NCBI GenBank assembly: GCA_964655125.1
Contig: CAZZLT010000021.1
Location: 8,078-72,077 of the forward strand
DNA from: an uncultured Desulfurococcaceae archaeon
GTDB lineage: Archaea; Thermoproteota; Thermoprotei_A; Sulfolobales; NBVN01
Direction: 5' to 3'
Length of the DNA stretch: 64,000 nt
The stretch's first letter is position 1. Every line of letters starts with the position of its first letter. Positions 10,052 to 20,128 of the stretch are shown one piece after another. The notes under the pieces were generated by a model. That model saw only the letters and a program-made list of their open reading frames with translations. It was not told where the DNA came from and did no database searches. The translations under genes were made by a program, and so were the position numbers.

Positions 10052-11428
10052 CTAGATAATTCCTAGTTTACGGAGTACTCCTCTACCTGCTAAGACTCCA
10101 GTAGCTGAAGCTACGTTAATACCTCTTGAGAGTCCTGCACCGTCACCTGCTACGAAGATGTTCTCAATAGTTGTTTCTAGGAATCTATTAACTACTGCTC
10201 TAACACTGTAGTATTTTATCTCAGGTGCGTAAATTAGTGTTTGGGATGAGGCTACACCAGGTATTATACTATCTAGTCTTTGAAGTCCTTCAATAATGTT
10301 TGTTAATACCCTATAAGGTAATGCCATAGATATATCCCCAGGTGTTACGTCCTTAAGTGTTGGTCTTATAGAACTCCTGTTAATCCTATCCCAAGTACTC
10401 CTCCTACCAGCTTCTAAATCACTAAACCTCTGAATTAGTGGTTTACCACCACCTAACTTCGTAGATAGTCTAGCTATACTCTTCCCGTAATCTATAGTAT
10501 CTTCTAAGGGGTTAGTCAACCTCACAGTAGATAGTAATGCGAAGTTTGTATTCCCACTATGTCTATCACTGTAGGACTCACCATTAACACCTACTGTCCC
10601 GTCATCGTAGACCTCCTTCAACACATAACCTCCAGGGTTAGTACAGAACGTCCTCACCTTATCATCGAATGCTTTAGTATACATCACTATCTTAGGATCT
10701 CTAACAACTCTAGTGACCTCATCCATAACTACTGACTGAACCTCAACTCTAACACCAACATCTAGAGGTCCTGGGAGGACTGCAATACCTAACTTCTTAG
10801 TAATGTTTGAGAACCACTCAGCTCCAGACCTACCAGTAGCTAATATCAAGTACCTACATACTAACTCACCACTACTCGTCTTAATAACAAACCTACTACC
10901 ACTACTAACTATGTCGTAAGCTTCAGTATTAGTTACTACCTTAATACCCCTACCCTCTAAGTAATTAGTAAAGTTCTCAATAACTTCAATAGCTCTCTCA
11001 CTCCCTATATGACGTTGTTTTATTGGGATGAAGGTAGCTCCAGCCTTAATAGCCTTCTTCTCTAAAACCTCCACCATCTCAGGGTCGGGGGTATATAGCT
11101 TAGAACTACTACTGAACCTCACCACAACATCATCAACGTACTTAATCAACCCTTCAGCAACTTCCCAACTACCTACTAACTCATGTAGTTCACCACCTAT
11201 ATCAGGTCTTAAGTTTATTAGGAAACTACTTAAAGCACCAGCACCACCAATACCGTTAAGTACTAAACACGGCCTACAGTACGTACACTTACCAGTATGT
11301 ATTAACGGACATTTCCTCACTATAGCTCTAGGGCCTTTATCAACTAAGACAACTCTTAAGTCCTTACCACCACTCTCAACAATTTCATAGGCTGAGAACA
11401 GTCCTGCAGGACCCCCACCAACTATCAC
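10052..11428 (-). CDS. uncharacterized FAD-dependent dehydrogenase
   Basis: [12 protein letters not shown] dinucleotide-binding motif right at the GTG start and C-terminal FVAGDGAG. Resembles the COG2509-type family (from memory). Confidence 0.7.
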   Translation of the reverse strand: MIVGGGPAGLFSAYEIVESGGKDLRVVLVDKGPRAIVRKCPLIHTGKCTYCRPCLVLNGIGGAGALSSFLINLRPDIGGELHELVGSWEVAEGLIKYVDDVVVRFSSSSKLYTPDPEMVEVLEKKAIKAGATFIPIKQRHIGSERAIEVIENFTNYLEGRGIKVVTNTEAYDIVSSGSRFVIKTSSGELVCRYLILATGRSGAEWFSNITKKLGIAVLPGPLDVGVRVEVQSVVMDEVTRVVRDPKIVMYTKAFDDKVRTFCTNPGGYVLKEVYDDGTVGVNGESYSDRHSGNTNFALLSTVRLTNPLEDTIDYGKSIARLSTKLGGGKPLIQRFSDLEAGRRSTWDRINRSSIRPTLKDVTPGDISMALPYRVLTNIIEGLQRLDSIIPGVASSQTLIYAPEIKYYSVRAVVNRFLETTIENIFVAGDGAGLSRGINVASATGVLAGRGVLRKLGII

Positions 11429-11452
11429 TACATCACATTCGATAATAGCTCA

Positions 11453-12490
11453 TCACCTCCTAAGAGACCCTAAGACTTCATTCCTACGATCTACCATAGC
11501 CTCAACCTCCTCACCAGTACCTAATAAAGTCACAGGTACTTTAAGGATATCCTCAACCTCCTCCACCCACTTCCTAACCTCCCTAGGTAGCTTACCCCAC
11601 TCCCTAACATTACATACATCCTTAAACAACACATCAACCTTAGTTATAGCTACTTGAGTTGCTGAGTTTATAATTACAGCCCTCCTAGCTAGTTCGAAGT
11701 TAAAGGGTGCAGCCCTCCTAACCCTACCAGTTACTGAAGCCTTCTCAAGAAACCCTAACTTAACTATATCATCATAACTTAACTCATTAGGTAGTGGGCC
11801 CTCACCAACCCTAGTTACGTATGACTTAAAAACTACTAAGACCTCATCAACTTTCTTAGGCCCTAACCCAACCTCGCTTAAAACCCCTGAAGCTGATGTA
11901 TCCCTACTCGTTACGTACGGGTATGTACCGAAGTATAGGCTGAGGTAGAATCCTTGAGTACCTTCTATCAAGACCTCCTCACCCCTATCAACAGCTTCAT
12001 TAACTTCTAAAGCAACATCTCTCAAGTAATTCTTAAGTTCTTCATAATCCCTAGCTAACTTAAGCACCCTCCTAACCCTATCAGCCATAGCCGCACCAAC
12101 ACCTTGTTTAGTACTCCCAATAAAGCTCATAACCTCATCACCTCTCTCCCTCATGACATGCTCATCAGTTATAACCCCAGTGCTGAAGTCTATGAATACC
12201 CTACCACCACATTCAGTCTCTCTAACCTCGTTAAAGAATACAGGAATACTTATTAAAGCACCTGCAGGTATGTAGAGCCTACATGACTTATTAAGGAATG
12301 CTGAAGGTATAGTCCTTAACCTCCAAGTCCTACCATTATACGTAACTGTATGTCCAGCGTTAATACTTCCAGTCCTAACAGCTACTGAAGGCTTATTACT
12401 TAAACCTAAGTAAGCTACTACCTTACCCTTACCCTCATCACCGAAGAACCCACCAACTACTACAGTTACCGGCGTAATATCCCTCAACAT
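11453..12490 (-). CDS. purA: adenylosuccinate synthetase (short archaeal form)
   Basis: GGFFGDEGKGKVVAYL P-loop-like motif, NAGHTV, 345 aa. Confidence 0.9.
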   Translation of the reverse strand: MLRDITPVTVVVGGFFGDEGKGKVVAYLGLSNKPSVAVRTGSINAGHTVTYNGRTWRLRTIPSAFLNKSCRLYIPAGALISIPVFFNEVRETECGGRVFIDFSTGVITDEHVMRERGDEVMSFIGSTKQGVGAAMADRVRRVLKLARDYEELKNYLRDVALEVNEAVDRGEEVLIEGTQGFYLSLYFGTYPYVTSRDTSASGVLSEVGLGPKKVDEVLVVFKSYVTRVGEGPLPNELSYDDIVKLGFLEKASVTGRVRRAAPFNFELARRAVIINSATQVAITKVDVLFKDVCNVREWGKLPREVRKWVEEVEDILKVPVTLLGTGEEVEAMVDRRNEVLGSLRR

Positions 12491-12575
12491 GTAGAAATCA
12501 CTGAATTTAAAACTATCGTGTCCTTCAGTAACTACTTATTAAGGTCTTAACTACTGAGTATCGTAAGGTGTTAAA

Positions 12576-13166
12576 GTGGTTAAATACCTAACCCTCTCAT
12601 GGAATGATATAATGAGTCTAACCATTAAACTAGCTCATAAGTTGATTAAGTCTAACTACATACCAGATACTCTAGTAGGTATTTTAAGAGGGGGTTGGAT
12701 TGTTACTAGGTTATTAAGTGATTTCTTAAGTATAGATTCAGTTGATGTCGTAGGTATTAAGTTCTATAAAGGTGTTGAAGAACGTCATGAGAAACCTATG
12801 ATAACACACCCACTAATATCTGATGTAAGTAATAAGAAGGTGTTAGTAGTTGATGATGTAGCTGATAGTGGTAGGACCCTACAGGTAGCTATGGAGTTAG
12901 TACAGCTATATAACCCTAAAGAAGTTAGAACTGCATCATTATACGTGAAGCCTAGATCGATAATAATTCCTGACTACTACGTATCTGAGACTGATGCCTG
13001 GATAGTATTCCCTTGGGAGTATGCTGAAACATTAAGGAATATCATGAGGTATAGGGAGGTACCCTCATGTAGGGATAAGTTATTATTAATAGCTGATGAA
13101 GTAGGTTTAAAAAGTTATGAACTCATAGACGAACTCATAAACCTCATACTCATAACTACTAAGTAA
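12576..13166 (+). CDS. purine phosphoribosyltransferase (hypoxanthine/guanine/xanthine type)
   Basis: PRPP-binding loop VLVVDDVADSGRTL. GTG start preceded by AAGGTG. Divergent from purA. Confidence 0.75.
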   Translation: MVKYLTLSWNDIMSLTIKLAHKLIKSNYIPDTLVGILRGGWIVTRLLSDFLSIDSVDVVGIKFYKGVEERHEKPMITHPLISDVSNKKVLVVDDVADSGRTLQVAMELVQLYNPKEVRTASLYVKPRSIIIPDYYVSETDAWIVFPWEYAETLRNIMRYREVPSCRDKLLLIADEVGLKSYELIDELINLILITTK

Positions 13167-13202
13167 TTAACTTTAAAGTTTAAATGAGTGTAGTCTCTAG
13201 TA

Positions 13203-15263
13203 TTGAGAGGTGTTGGCTTGAGTGAGGAACTTACATCAGTGATATGTCCTTACTGTGGTGTTGGTTGTGGGTTCTTCATTAAATCACTTAACGGTAAGTA
13301 CGTAGGTATTGAGTATAATTATGAACACCCAGTTAATAAGGGTAGCTTATGCCCTAAAGCTAACGACTTATCCTTCCTTAACTCACCTGATAGGCTTAGA
13401 AAACCTCTTAAGAAGACTGAGACTGGTTTTGTAGAGATTAGTTGGAGGGATGCTATTAAGGAAGTTGCTAGTAGGGTTAAGGAGGTTGTTAAGGCTTACG
13501 GACCTGACTCTATAGCGTTCATGGCTAGTGCTAAATGTTTTAATGAGGAGAACTACCTACTTCAGAAACTAGCTAGGGTCTTAGGTACTAACAACGTTGA
13601 CCATTGTGCTAGGTTATGCCACGCACCAACATTAATAGGTATGGGTAGAGTTACTGGTGTAGGAGCTCTAACAAGTACGTTTGAAGATATAGCTAATTCT
13701 GAAGTAATAGTTATTTGGGGTTCTAACCCAGCTGAGACATACCCAGTCCTCATGGGTCAGTACATACTTAGAGCTAAGGGTAGAGGTGCTAAGATAGTAG
13801 TTGTAGACCCAGTTAAGACTAGGACTGCATGGTTCTCAGACGTATTCGTCCAGATTAAACCAGGTACTGATATAGTTGTAGCTAACGCTATTATGAACGT
13901 AATTATTAGTGAGGGACTATACGATAAGGAATTCGTTGAGAAACGTGTTGAGGGTTTTGATAAGTTAGTAGAAGTTGTTAGGAAGTATACACCGGAGTTA
14001 GCTGAGGGTATTAGCGGTGCTCCAGCATTCACTATAAGACAGGCAGCATATACTATGGCCTCAAGTAGGAAGGGATCACTCCTATGGTCTATGGGGGTAA
14101 CACAGCATATCGTAGGTTATAGGAATGTACTTGCGTTAGCTACGTTAGCAGCATTACTTGGTTGGTACGGTAAGCCAGGTACATGTGTTGGTGGTTTAAG
14201 AGGTCAGAATAACGTTCAAGGTGCTTGTGATATGGGTGCGTTAGCTGAGTTCCTACCAGGTTATGTTAGAGTTACTGATGATGCCGGTAGGTCTAGAATA
14301 GCTAGTTTATGGGGTGTTAACGAGTTACCGAGTAATGTAGGACTTACAGTCCCATGTATATTCCGTGAAGCTGAGAGTGGTAGGATTAAAGCTATCTACG
14401 TAATGGGTGAGAATCCAGTAGTGAGTGAGCCTAACAGCTCACACGTTATTGAGGGTTTAAAGAAGGTTGAGTTCTTAGTAGTTCAGGATATATTCCTGAC
14501 AGAGACTGCTGAGTATGCTGATATAGTCTTACCAGCAGCTGCTTGGGTTGAGAAGGAGGGTAGTTTTACTAATAGTGAGAGGAGGGTTCAGTGGTCATTT
14601 AAAGCTTTAGAACCTCTAGGTGAGGCTAGACCAGACCTAAATATAATAGTTGACTTAGCTAGAGAGTTAGGTTTAGAGAAGTATTTCCCGTACACAACCC
14701 CTGAGGAGGTGTTACTAGAGGTTAATAAGGTCATACCTTCCTACGCAGGAATAACACCTGATAGGTTAAAACGTACTTTAGGTGGTGTTATATGGCCTTG
14801 CCCTACACCAGAACATAGCGGTACTCAAGTACTCCACGTAGATAGGTTTAGAACACCTACAGGTAAGTTCATGATAATACCTGTAGAACATCAACCACCA
14901 GCTGAAGTACCTGATGATGAGTACCCACTAATACTAACGACCCGTAGGGTTGTAGGGATATACCATACTAACACAATGACTGGTAGGTCAGCATCCATAA
15001 GTAGGCGTTGGCCTGAAGCTGAAGCATTAATCAACAAATCAACAGCTAGTAAGTACGGTTTAAGGGGTGGTGATGTTGTGAAGGTCGTTACTAGGAGGGG
15101 TGAGTACGTAGTGAGGGTTAGAGTAAGTAATAGCGTAGCTGATAACGTTATCTCAGTACCGTGGCATTGGGGAGCTAATAAAGTAACTAACGATGCTTTA
15201 GACCCTGAAGCAAGTACACCTGAAGCTAAGGTATGTGCGTGTAAGGTAGTGAAGTTGGGGTGA
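13203..15263 (+). CDS. fdhA: formate dehydrogenase alpha-like molybdopterin oxidoreductase (Cys type)
   Basis: N-terminal CPYCGVGCG Fe-S motif. CARLCHAP places Cys-His where FdhF has Sec-His. No twin-arginine signal. Confidence 0.8.
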   Translation: MRGVGLSEELTSVICPYCGVGCGFFIKSLNGKYVGIEYNYEHPVNKGSLCPKANDLSFLNSPDRLRKPLKKTETGFVEISWRDAIKEVASRVKEVVKAYGPDSIAFMASAKCFNEENYLLQKLARVLGTNNVDHCARLCHAPTLIGMGRVTGVGALTSTFEDIANSEVIVIWGSNPAETYPVLMGQYILRAKGRGAKIVVVDPVKTRTAWFSDVFVQIKPGTDIVVANAIMNVIISEGLYDKEFVEKRVEGFDKLVEVVRKYTPELAEGISGAPAFTIRQAAYTMASSRKGSLLWSMGVTQHIVGYRNVLALATLAALLGWYGKPGTCVGGLRGQNNVQGACDMGALAEFLPGYVRVTDDAGRSRIASLWGVNELPSNVGLTVPCIFREAESGRIKAIYVMGENPVVSEPNSSHVIEGLKKVEFLVVQDIFLTETAEYADIVLPAAAWVEKEGSFTNSERRVQWSFKALEPLGEARPDLNIIVDLARELGLEKYFPYTTPEEVLLEVNKVIPSYAGITPDRLKRTLGGVIWPCPTPEHSGTQVLHVDRFRTPTGKFMIIPVEHQPPAEVPDDEYPLILTTRRVVGIYHTNTMTGRSASISRRWPEAEALINKSTASKYGLRGGDVVKVVTRRGEYVVRVRVSNSVADNVISVPWHWGANKVTNDALDPEASTPEAKVCACKVVKLG

Positions 15264-15267
15264 TTAT

Positions 15268-15759
15268 ATGGCTAAGATACTCTACGTAGACCCTAAACTC
15301 TGTATACATTGTAAGGCTTGTGAAGTAGCTTGTGAGAGAGAACATGACGGTACTAACTTCATAGAGGTTTACCTAGTTGAAGAATCTGAAGTCTCAATAC
15401 CGTACACGTGTAGGCATTGCGAGAACGCACCATGTGTAACTGTATGCCCTACTAAAGCACTGTATAGGAGTGATCGTGGGGTATTCGTAAACTATATAAG
15501 ATGTATCGGTTGTAGACAATGTATAGTTGCATGTCCGTTTGGAATACCTAAATTTCTAGATAAGTTTAAAGTTATAGTTAAGTGTGATTTATGCAGATAT
15601 AGACTAACTAAGAACCTACCACCAGCATGTGCTAGTACATGCCCTACAGGAGCTATAAGCTATGTAGAGGAGATTGAGATAACTAGAACTAAACGTGAGG
15701 TTGAGATAACTAAGATTGTAGAGTCTGTAAAAGCTGCGAAAACCCTACTACGTACCTAG
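15268..15759 (+). CDS. 4Fe-4S ferredoxin-type electron transfer subunit (FdhB/HybA-like)
   Basis: Four Cys clusters (CIHCKACEVAC, CRHCENAPCVTVCP, CIGCRQCIVACP, CDLC..CASTCP). Starts 5 nt after the fdhA stop. Confidence 0.78.
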   Translation: MAKILYVDPKLCIHCKACEVACEREHDGTNFIEVYLVEESEVSIPYTCRHCENAPCVTVCPTKALYRSDRGVFVNYIRCIGCRQCIVACPFGIPKFLDKFKVIVKCDLCRYRLTKNLPPACASTCPTGAISYVEEIEITRTKREVEITKIVESVKAAKTLLRT

Positions 15760-15918
15760 TACAGGTAATTTTATAATTAAGTAGGAGTACTGATTAAGTG
15801 GTAGTTAGTATGCCGAAATGTAGCCGTAGTAAGGAGAAGAAGGAAGGAGGGAGTAAGGGAGGTAAGAAAAGTAAGTAGTCTTAAACCTAAACATAAGATA
15901 TTTTACTACTATAATTTC

Positions 15919-16545
15919 CTAACCCCGTAACCTCCTAGACCTTAACCACACCTCATAACAGATCTTACGCCACAACCTATTAATCACCTCAATATTATCC
16001 TGCCTAGTTAGGAATCCTAATTTAGTGATTAAAGAGTTGAGGGTCTTCACAGTATCTTGACTAGTTTTTATGAAGAGTAGGTCGTCATCATACCCACATG
16101 TAATCCTCTCAATAACTTCTAAGACCTCACCTAATACCCCTACATCTAAGGGGATCTCAAAATATCCGAAACTAGTGAGTAATTTCCTAACTACCTTATT
16201 ACCCTCCCTAGTCGTTGCTAAGTAAATACTAACTTTATCACTCTCTAACATCTCCTCAATAGATGCTATTAATGACTTACCAATACCTAAACCCCTATAC
16301 CTCCTATCAACAACTACGTAGTAGATAACTCCTACCCTCTCTGGTGAGGTGTTAACTATGTAGTATACACCCACACCAACGACTTTATCATCTAATGATG
16401 CTATCAACACATTACATATACCTAACTCTATACATGAGTTAACATACCATATGTTATAACCCTCCATACTACTACCTATAATCCCGTCCACTACCTTAAG
16501 ATCTCTAAGCACATCTCCAGATACCTCAGTAACTTTAAGTATCAT
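15919..16545 (-). CDS. GNAT family N-acetyltransferase
   Basis: Acetyl-CoA binding motif VVVDRRYRGLGIGKSLI. Confidence 0.7.
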   Translation of the reverse strand: MILKVTEVSGDVLRDLKVVDGIIGSSMEGYNIWYVNSCIELGICNVLIASLDDKVVGVGVYYIVNTSPERVGVIYYVVVDRRYRGLGIGKSLIASIEEMLESDKVSIYLATTREGNKVVRKLLTSFGYFEIPLDVGVLGEVLEVIERITCGYDDDLLFIKTSQDTVKTLNSLITKLGFLTRQDNIEVINRLWRKICYEVWLRSRRLRG

Positions 16546-16575
16546 CTCAACCTCGTAATTACGTAGTGAGCTTAA

Positions 16576-17202
16576 TCACTTACTACTTACTACCTTCTTA
16601 TAAGGACATAATACAGAGTATGTACAGTAGTTACATTCCCACGAGTACTTCGGGTAGGTAGGACTCACTATCCTATCAACTATATCAGCTTCTGTAAGCT
16701 TATCTAATACTGTGAATTGAGTGATCCTGTCAGGGGTTATGTATATTAGTAATGAGTAATTAAGATCCATCAACCAGTTATATATCATCACCTGTTCTAA
16801 ATGTGGTTCGTGAGGTATGTTAAGGTCTGATCTAGAAGTCTTAATCTCAATCCCAACCCTACCATCATCAGTACTTACTATCGCATCAACTCTACCCCTA
16901 ATAACTACGTTATCACCAGTAGGTAGTACGACCTCCCTAGACCCCTCAACCTCAACACTTACACTACCTCCAAACCTCTCCTTAAGAATACTCTGTAACC
17001 CCCTATGTATTAAACTACCAGATATTAACGTGGGTATGAAAACCTCCCTCAACCTCAACTCAGGGTATGTGAGTTCGTAACTCCTCTTAAGTAGACACCT
17101 CACTAAGTCTGAAACCCAGTAAACATTAGGTTCTCTAACATGTTTCTCATACTCATCCCTACTTAACTCATAAATCATTTTAACTATATCTAAACTCAAC
17201 AC
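16576..17202 (-). CDS. Cas4-like PD-(D/E)XK exonuclease with 4-Cys Fe-S motif (no cas neighbours)
   Basis: N-terminal Cys (VRCLLK), RVDAIV...GIEIKTS (D..ExK), QVMIYNWL (QxxxY), C-terminal CNYCTYSVLC (Cx2Cx5C). Confidence 0.75.
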   Translation of the reverse strand: MLSLDIVKMIYELSRDEYEKHVREPNVYWVSDLVRCLLKRSYELTYPELRLREVFIPTLISGSLIHRGLQSILKERFGGSVSVEVEGSREVVLPTGDNVVIRGRVDAIVSTDDGRVGIEIKTSRSDLNIPHEPHLEQVMIYNWLMDLNYSLLIYITPDRITQFTVLDKLTEADIVDRIVSPTYPKYSWECNYCTYSVLCPYKKVVSSK

Positions 17203-17325
17203 TTACTACCCACATCATAATAAGTACTTTAAATTAATTAACCTTGATTACCTCCTCAGAAGAAGAAAATATTAAATATATTTTAAACAGATCCTTAATT
17301 ATAGTTTAAGTGAGGTTAGTAGGTA

Positions 17326-18912
17326 ATGGTATTAGAGTTGATTGACCCTAATCAAGAAGGTCCTAATCAAGAGTATATTGTAGTAAGTGTAACTCCTGAC
17401 CTAGCTTTAGACATAGGTTATACTTATGCTGGAGGTTTAGGTGTTCTTGAAGGTGATAAGTTCTACGCAGCAGCAACTTTAGGGTTGAGGTACATCACCT
17501 TCTGCTTATACTACGACCAAGGTTATGTAGCTTATGATTTTGATAGTGATGATAACCCTATACCTAAACCTCAAACTCAGCCTGAGGAGTTCATTAAGTC
17601 TTTAAGGAGTGAAGGGACATTTAAGATTAAGTTAAGGGGTGAGGACGTAAGTGTTGAGGTGTTAAGCTATATCTATAAGACTGCTAAAGCAGTATTTCTT
17701 AAACCAGAATCACCTCAGTGGGCTTCCCAACTCACTAAGAGACTCTACATTGAGGGGGATGTAGAGGAGAGATTCTATAAGTACACACTATTCGCTAAAG
17801 CTGTTGCAGAGTATATTAAGGAGTACTTACCAGTATATGATATAGCTTTTATAGACCTTCAAGAAGCGTATACAGCATTCCTCCCACTAATACTTAAGAT
17901 ACCTGGTAGGTATAGGTTAGTAATTCATACAGCAGGTATTTGGGGTCATCCAAGCTTCCCACGAAACCTGATATACTCTGAGTACGGGTATAAGTTAATA
18001 CCTCCTGAAGTAGTCTTAACTGATGTAGGTCTAGCAGCTTCATCACAAGCATTTGCAGTCTCAGCAAAACACCTCGACATACTCTTGAAGATATTCCCAC
18101 ACTTCAGTGAGAAGCTATCCTACATAACTAACGGTATTAATATTGAGAGGTGGATGTACCCAGCACTGAAGGATACTTACGAATCACATAAACTAACACT
18201 AGATTCACTACCGATAATTAAGGAGAAGGCTAAGAAGGAGTTAGAGGACTTCTTAAGGAATTATAAGGATGTGACGTTAGAGGGTAAGACTGTAGTGTTC
18301 TGGGGTAGGAGATTAGTTGAGTATAAGAGGCCTTGGTTTGTTATTAGATTAGCTAATGAGTTAGATAATAAGGACGTAATCTACGTATTAAGCGGTAAGG
18401 CACATCCCTACGACGGTTACGGATTAAATATTATGAAGGAGTTTATGAAGTTACATAAGAAGAAGGAGAACGTCATCTACATACCTGAACACACTGTAGA
18501 TATAGCTAAGAAGGTCTTACAAGGAGTTGACCTACTACTCTCCACACCATTCTCAGGTTGGGAAGCATGCGGTACTAGTTATATGAAGGCTGCAGTTAAT
18601 GCTGTCCCAACAATTACTTCTAGGGATGGAGGAGCTTTAGAACTCATAGTTCACGGTGTTAATGGTTGGTTCTTCGGTGATGATATTAGAGAACCTATAG
18701 ACTATACAGGACCTGAGGCTAGTAGGATAAACGATGTAGAGTATCAAGAATTTAAAAACATATTCCTGAAGGTTGTGGGTATGATGAAGAGTAATCCTGA
18801 AGGGTACTTCAGAGTAGCTTTATCAGCTTTAAGGTCATTCATACCTAGAGTGTCTATGATTAGGGTTTTAAGAGATTACTACCCACAACTAATTAAATTA
18901 CCAACTATTTAA
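17326..18912 (+). CDS. glgP: alpha-glucan (glycogen/maltodextrin) phosphorylase, short archaeal form
   Basis: GGLGVLEGDKFYAAA and EACGTSYMKAAVNA (PLP-Lys region, compare EASGTSNMK). Confidence 0.82.
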   Translation: MVLELIDPNQEGPNQEYIVVSVTPDLALDIGYTYAGGLGVLEGDKFYAAATLGLRYITFCLYYDQGYVAYDFDSDDNPIPKPQTQPEEFIKSLRSEGTFKIKLRGEDVSVEVLSYIYKTAKAVFLKPESPQWASQLTKRLYIEGDVEERFYKYTLFAKAVAEYIKEYLPVYDIAFIDLQEAYTAFLPLILKIPGRYRLVIHTAGIWGHPSFPRNLIYSEYGYKLIPPEVVLTDVGLAASSQAFAVSAKHLDILLKIFPHFSEKLSYITNGINIERWMYPALKDTYESHKLTLDSLPIIKEKAKKELEDFLRNYKDVTLEGKTVVFWGRRLVEYKRPWFVIRLANELDNKDVIYVLSGKAHPYDGYGLNIMKEFMKLHKKKENVIYIPEHTVDIAKKVLQGVDLLLSTPFSGWEACGTSYMKAAVNAVPTITSRDGGALELIVHGVNGWFFGDDIREPIDYTGPEASRINDVEYQEFKNIFLKVVGMMKSNPEGYFRVALSALRSFIPRVSMIRVLRDYYPQLIKLPTI

Positions 18913-20118
18913 CAATCCTAGCATCCTTAACTCAAGGATTGTTAATGCTGTGTTAAGTATACAGTAAGCGTTAATTCTCGACCCGTAGGGTAGGAAGTAC
19001 TTATGGACCTCACCACTAGACTCACCCTTAGAGGAGATATAGTAGTAATGGTCACTAGTACTTAAATACCTCCAAACACTTATTAAGTCATCATTATCGT
19101 CTAACTCGTTAATCACCCTCCACAAAGATTTATGTCTGTTGAAAACAGTTAACTGTTCCTCACATCCTAACCACGCACTAAGGTCTTTCTCGACATCAGC
19201 CCAACTAATAGTGTTTTCTGGAGGGACGTCATAAACATCAACTGGTTTAAACATCTTAACAGCTTCTGAAGCTGTTAGTACCTCAACACCGTTCTTAACC
19301 ATAAACATTATTAGATGTTTTAAGAATTCTAGAATACCTGACTCAACACTTTGGTGTTCACCGAAGGTTTCATAATCCATAGCTAGTACTACTAAATCAC
19401 CTGGTGACTTCATAATCCAGTCTAAGTACTTATCAGCAAAGAGTGGGTACTGATCCCATGACCTATTAGTAAATCTGAAAGCTACGTCATCACTTAACCT
19501 GTAATTCCTTAGGAATAAGTGTATAGTTGATGTAGGTGGTGAGTATACGTGGTTAGGACTCCTACCCTTAAGAACCCTCTCAACACCTTCAGTAAATACT
19601 GCTTTAAACCCTAAATCACTTACGATACTAGCTATAGTGTTATTATAGATCATCTCAGTATTCACGAATACGTTAGGAACTACACCGAATAACTCCTTAA
19701 TTAAACCTACCTGGAGATTTACTTGAGTTATGAATTCTCTAGGGTCCTCATATACAGATGTTAAGCTATGGTAGTAGGGTTCAACAACTACTTCAGCTAA
19801 TTCAGAATTAATTAAATCCTTAAACAACTCAATAACTTCAGGTACATACCTCATAAGCTGTTCAAGGACTACTCCTGAGAAGCTAAAGTTAATCTTTACA
19901 GACCCTCTAACAGATTTTAAAGTCTCAATAAGTAGTTTAGTAGTAGGTATGTAACACCTACTACTTACCTTCTTAATAACTGTAGAGTTAAGACCTTCAT
20001 CAAATATTAAATCCCTTAAATCCCTACTACTGAAGTTGTTGATTAGACCACTCACTAAGTCTGTCTTCAACCTATAGGGTTGATGTACTTCAAACAGTAT
20101 GACTACGTACTTAACCAT
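18898..20118 (-). CDS. glycoside hydrolase family 57 (alpha-amylase / glucan-processing enzyme)
   Basis: FEVHQPYRL GH57 N-terminal motif and YETFGEHQ. I trimmed the start to ATG 20118 (MVKYVV) because the track's 18 extra codons overlap the upstream gene. Confidence 0.8.
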   Translation of the reverse strand: MVKYVVILFEVHQPYRLKTDLVSGLINNFSSRDLRDLIFDEGLNSTVIKKVSSRCYIPTTKLLIETLKSVRGSVKINFSFSGVVLEQLMRYVPEVIELFKDLINSELAEVVVEPYYHSLTSVYEDPREFITQVNLQVGLIKELFGVVPNVFVNTEMIYNNTIASIVSDLGFKAVFTEGVERVLKGRSPNHVYSPPTSTIHLFLRNYRLSDDVAFRFTNRSWDQYPLFADKYLDWIMKSPGDLVVLAMDYETFGEHQSVESGILEFLKHLIMFMVKNGVEVLTASEAVKMFKPVDVYDVPPENTISWADVEKDLSAWLGCEEQLTVFNRHKSLWRVINELDDNDDLISVWRYLSTSDHYYYISSKGESSGEVHKYFLPYGSRINAYCILNTALTILELRMLGLLNSW

Positions 20119-20128
20119 ACAGACCCTA

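Noticed and set aside
11028-11390. 120-aa plus-strand ORF antisense to the FAD-dependent dehydrogenase. Analogous minus-strand ORFs antisense to plus-strand genes are at 13562..13753, 13757..14032, 17894..18100, 22249..22455, 22687..22935, 23139..23372, 24030..24323, 25471..25659, 30665..30946, 31322..31596, 31900..32124 and 40375..40566.
   Set aside because: Same reasoning: these are shadow frames of real genes with biased composition and no independent support.
17347-17376. A 15-nt in-frame tandem duplication (CCTAATCAAGAAGGT CCTAATCAAGAGTAT, giving PNQEG-PNQEY) at the N-terminus of glgP.
   Set aside because: It is real but trivial: a short slippage duplication in a non-conserved N-terminal tail, or possibly upstream of the true start.
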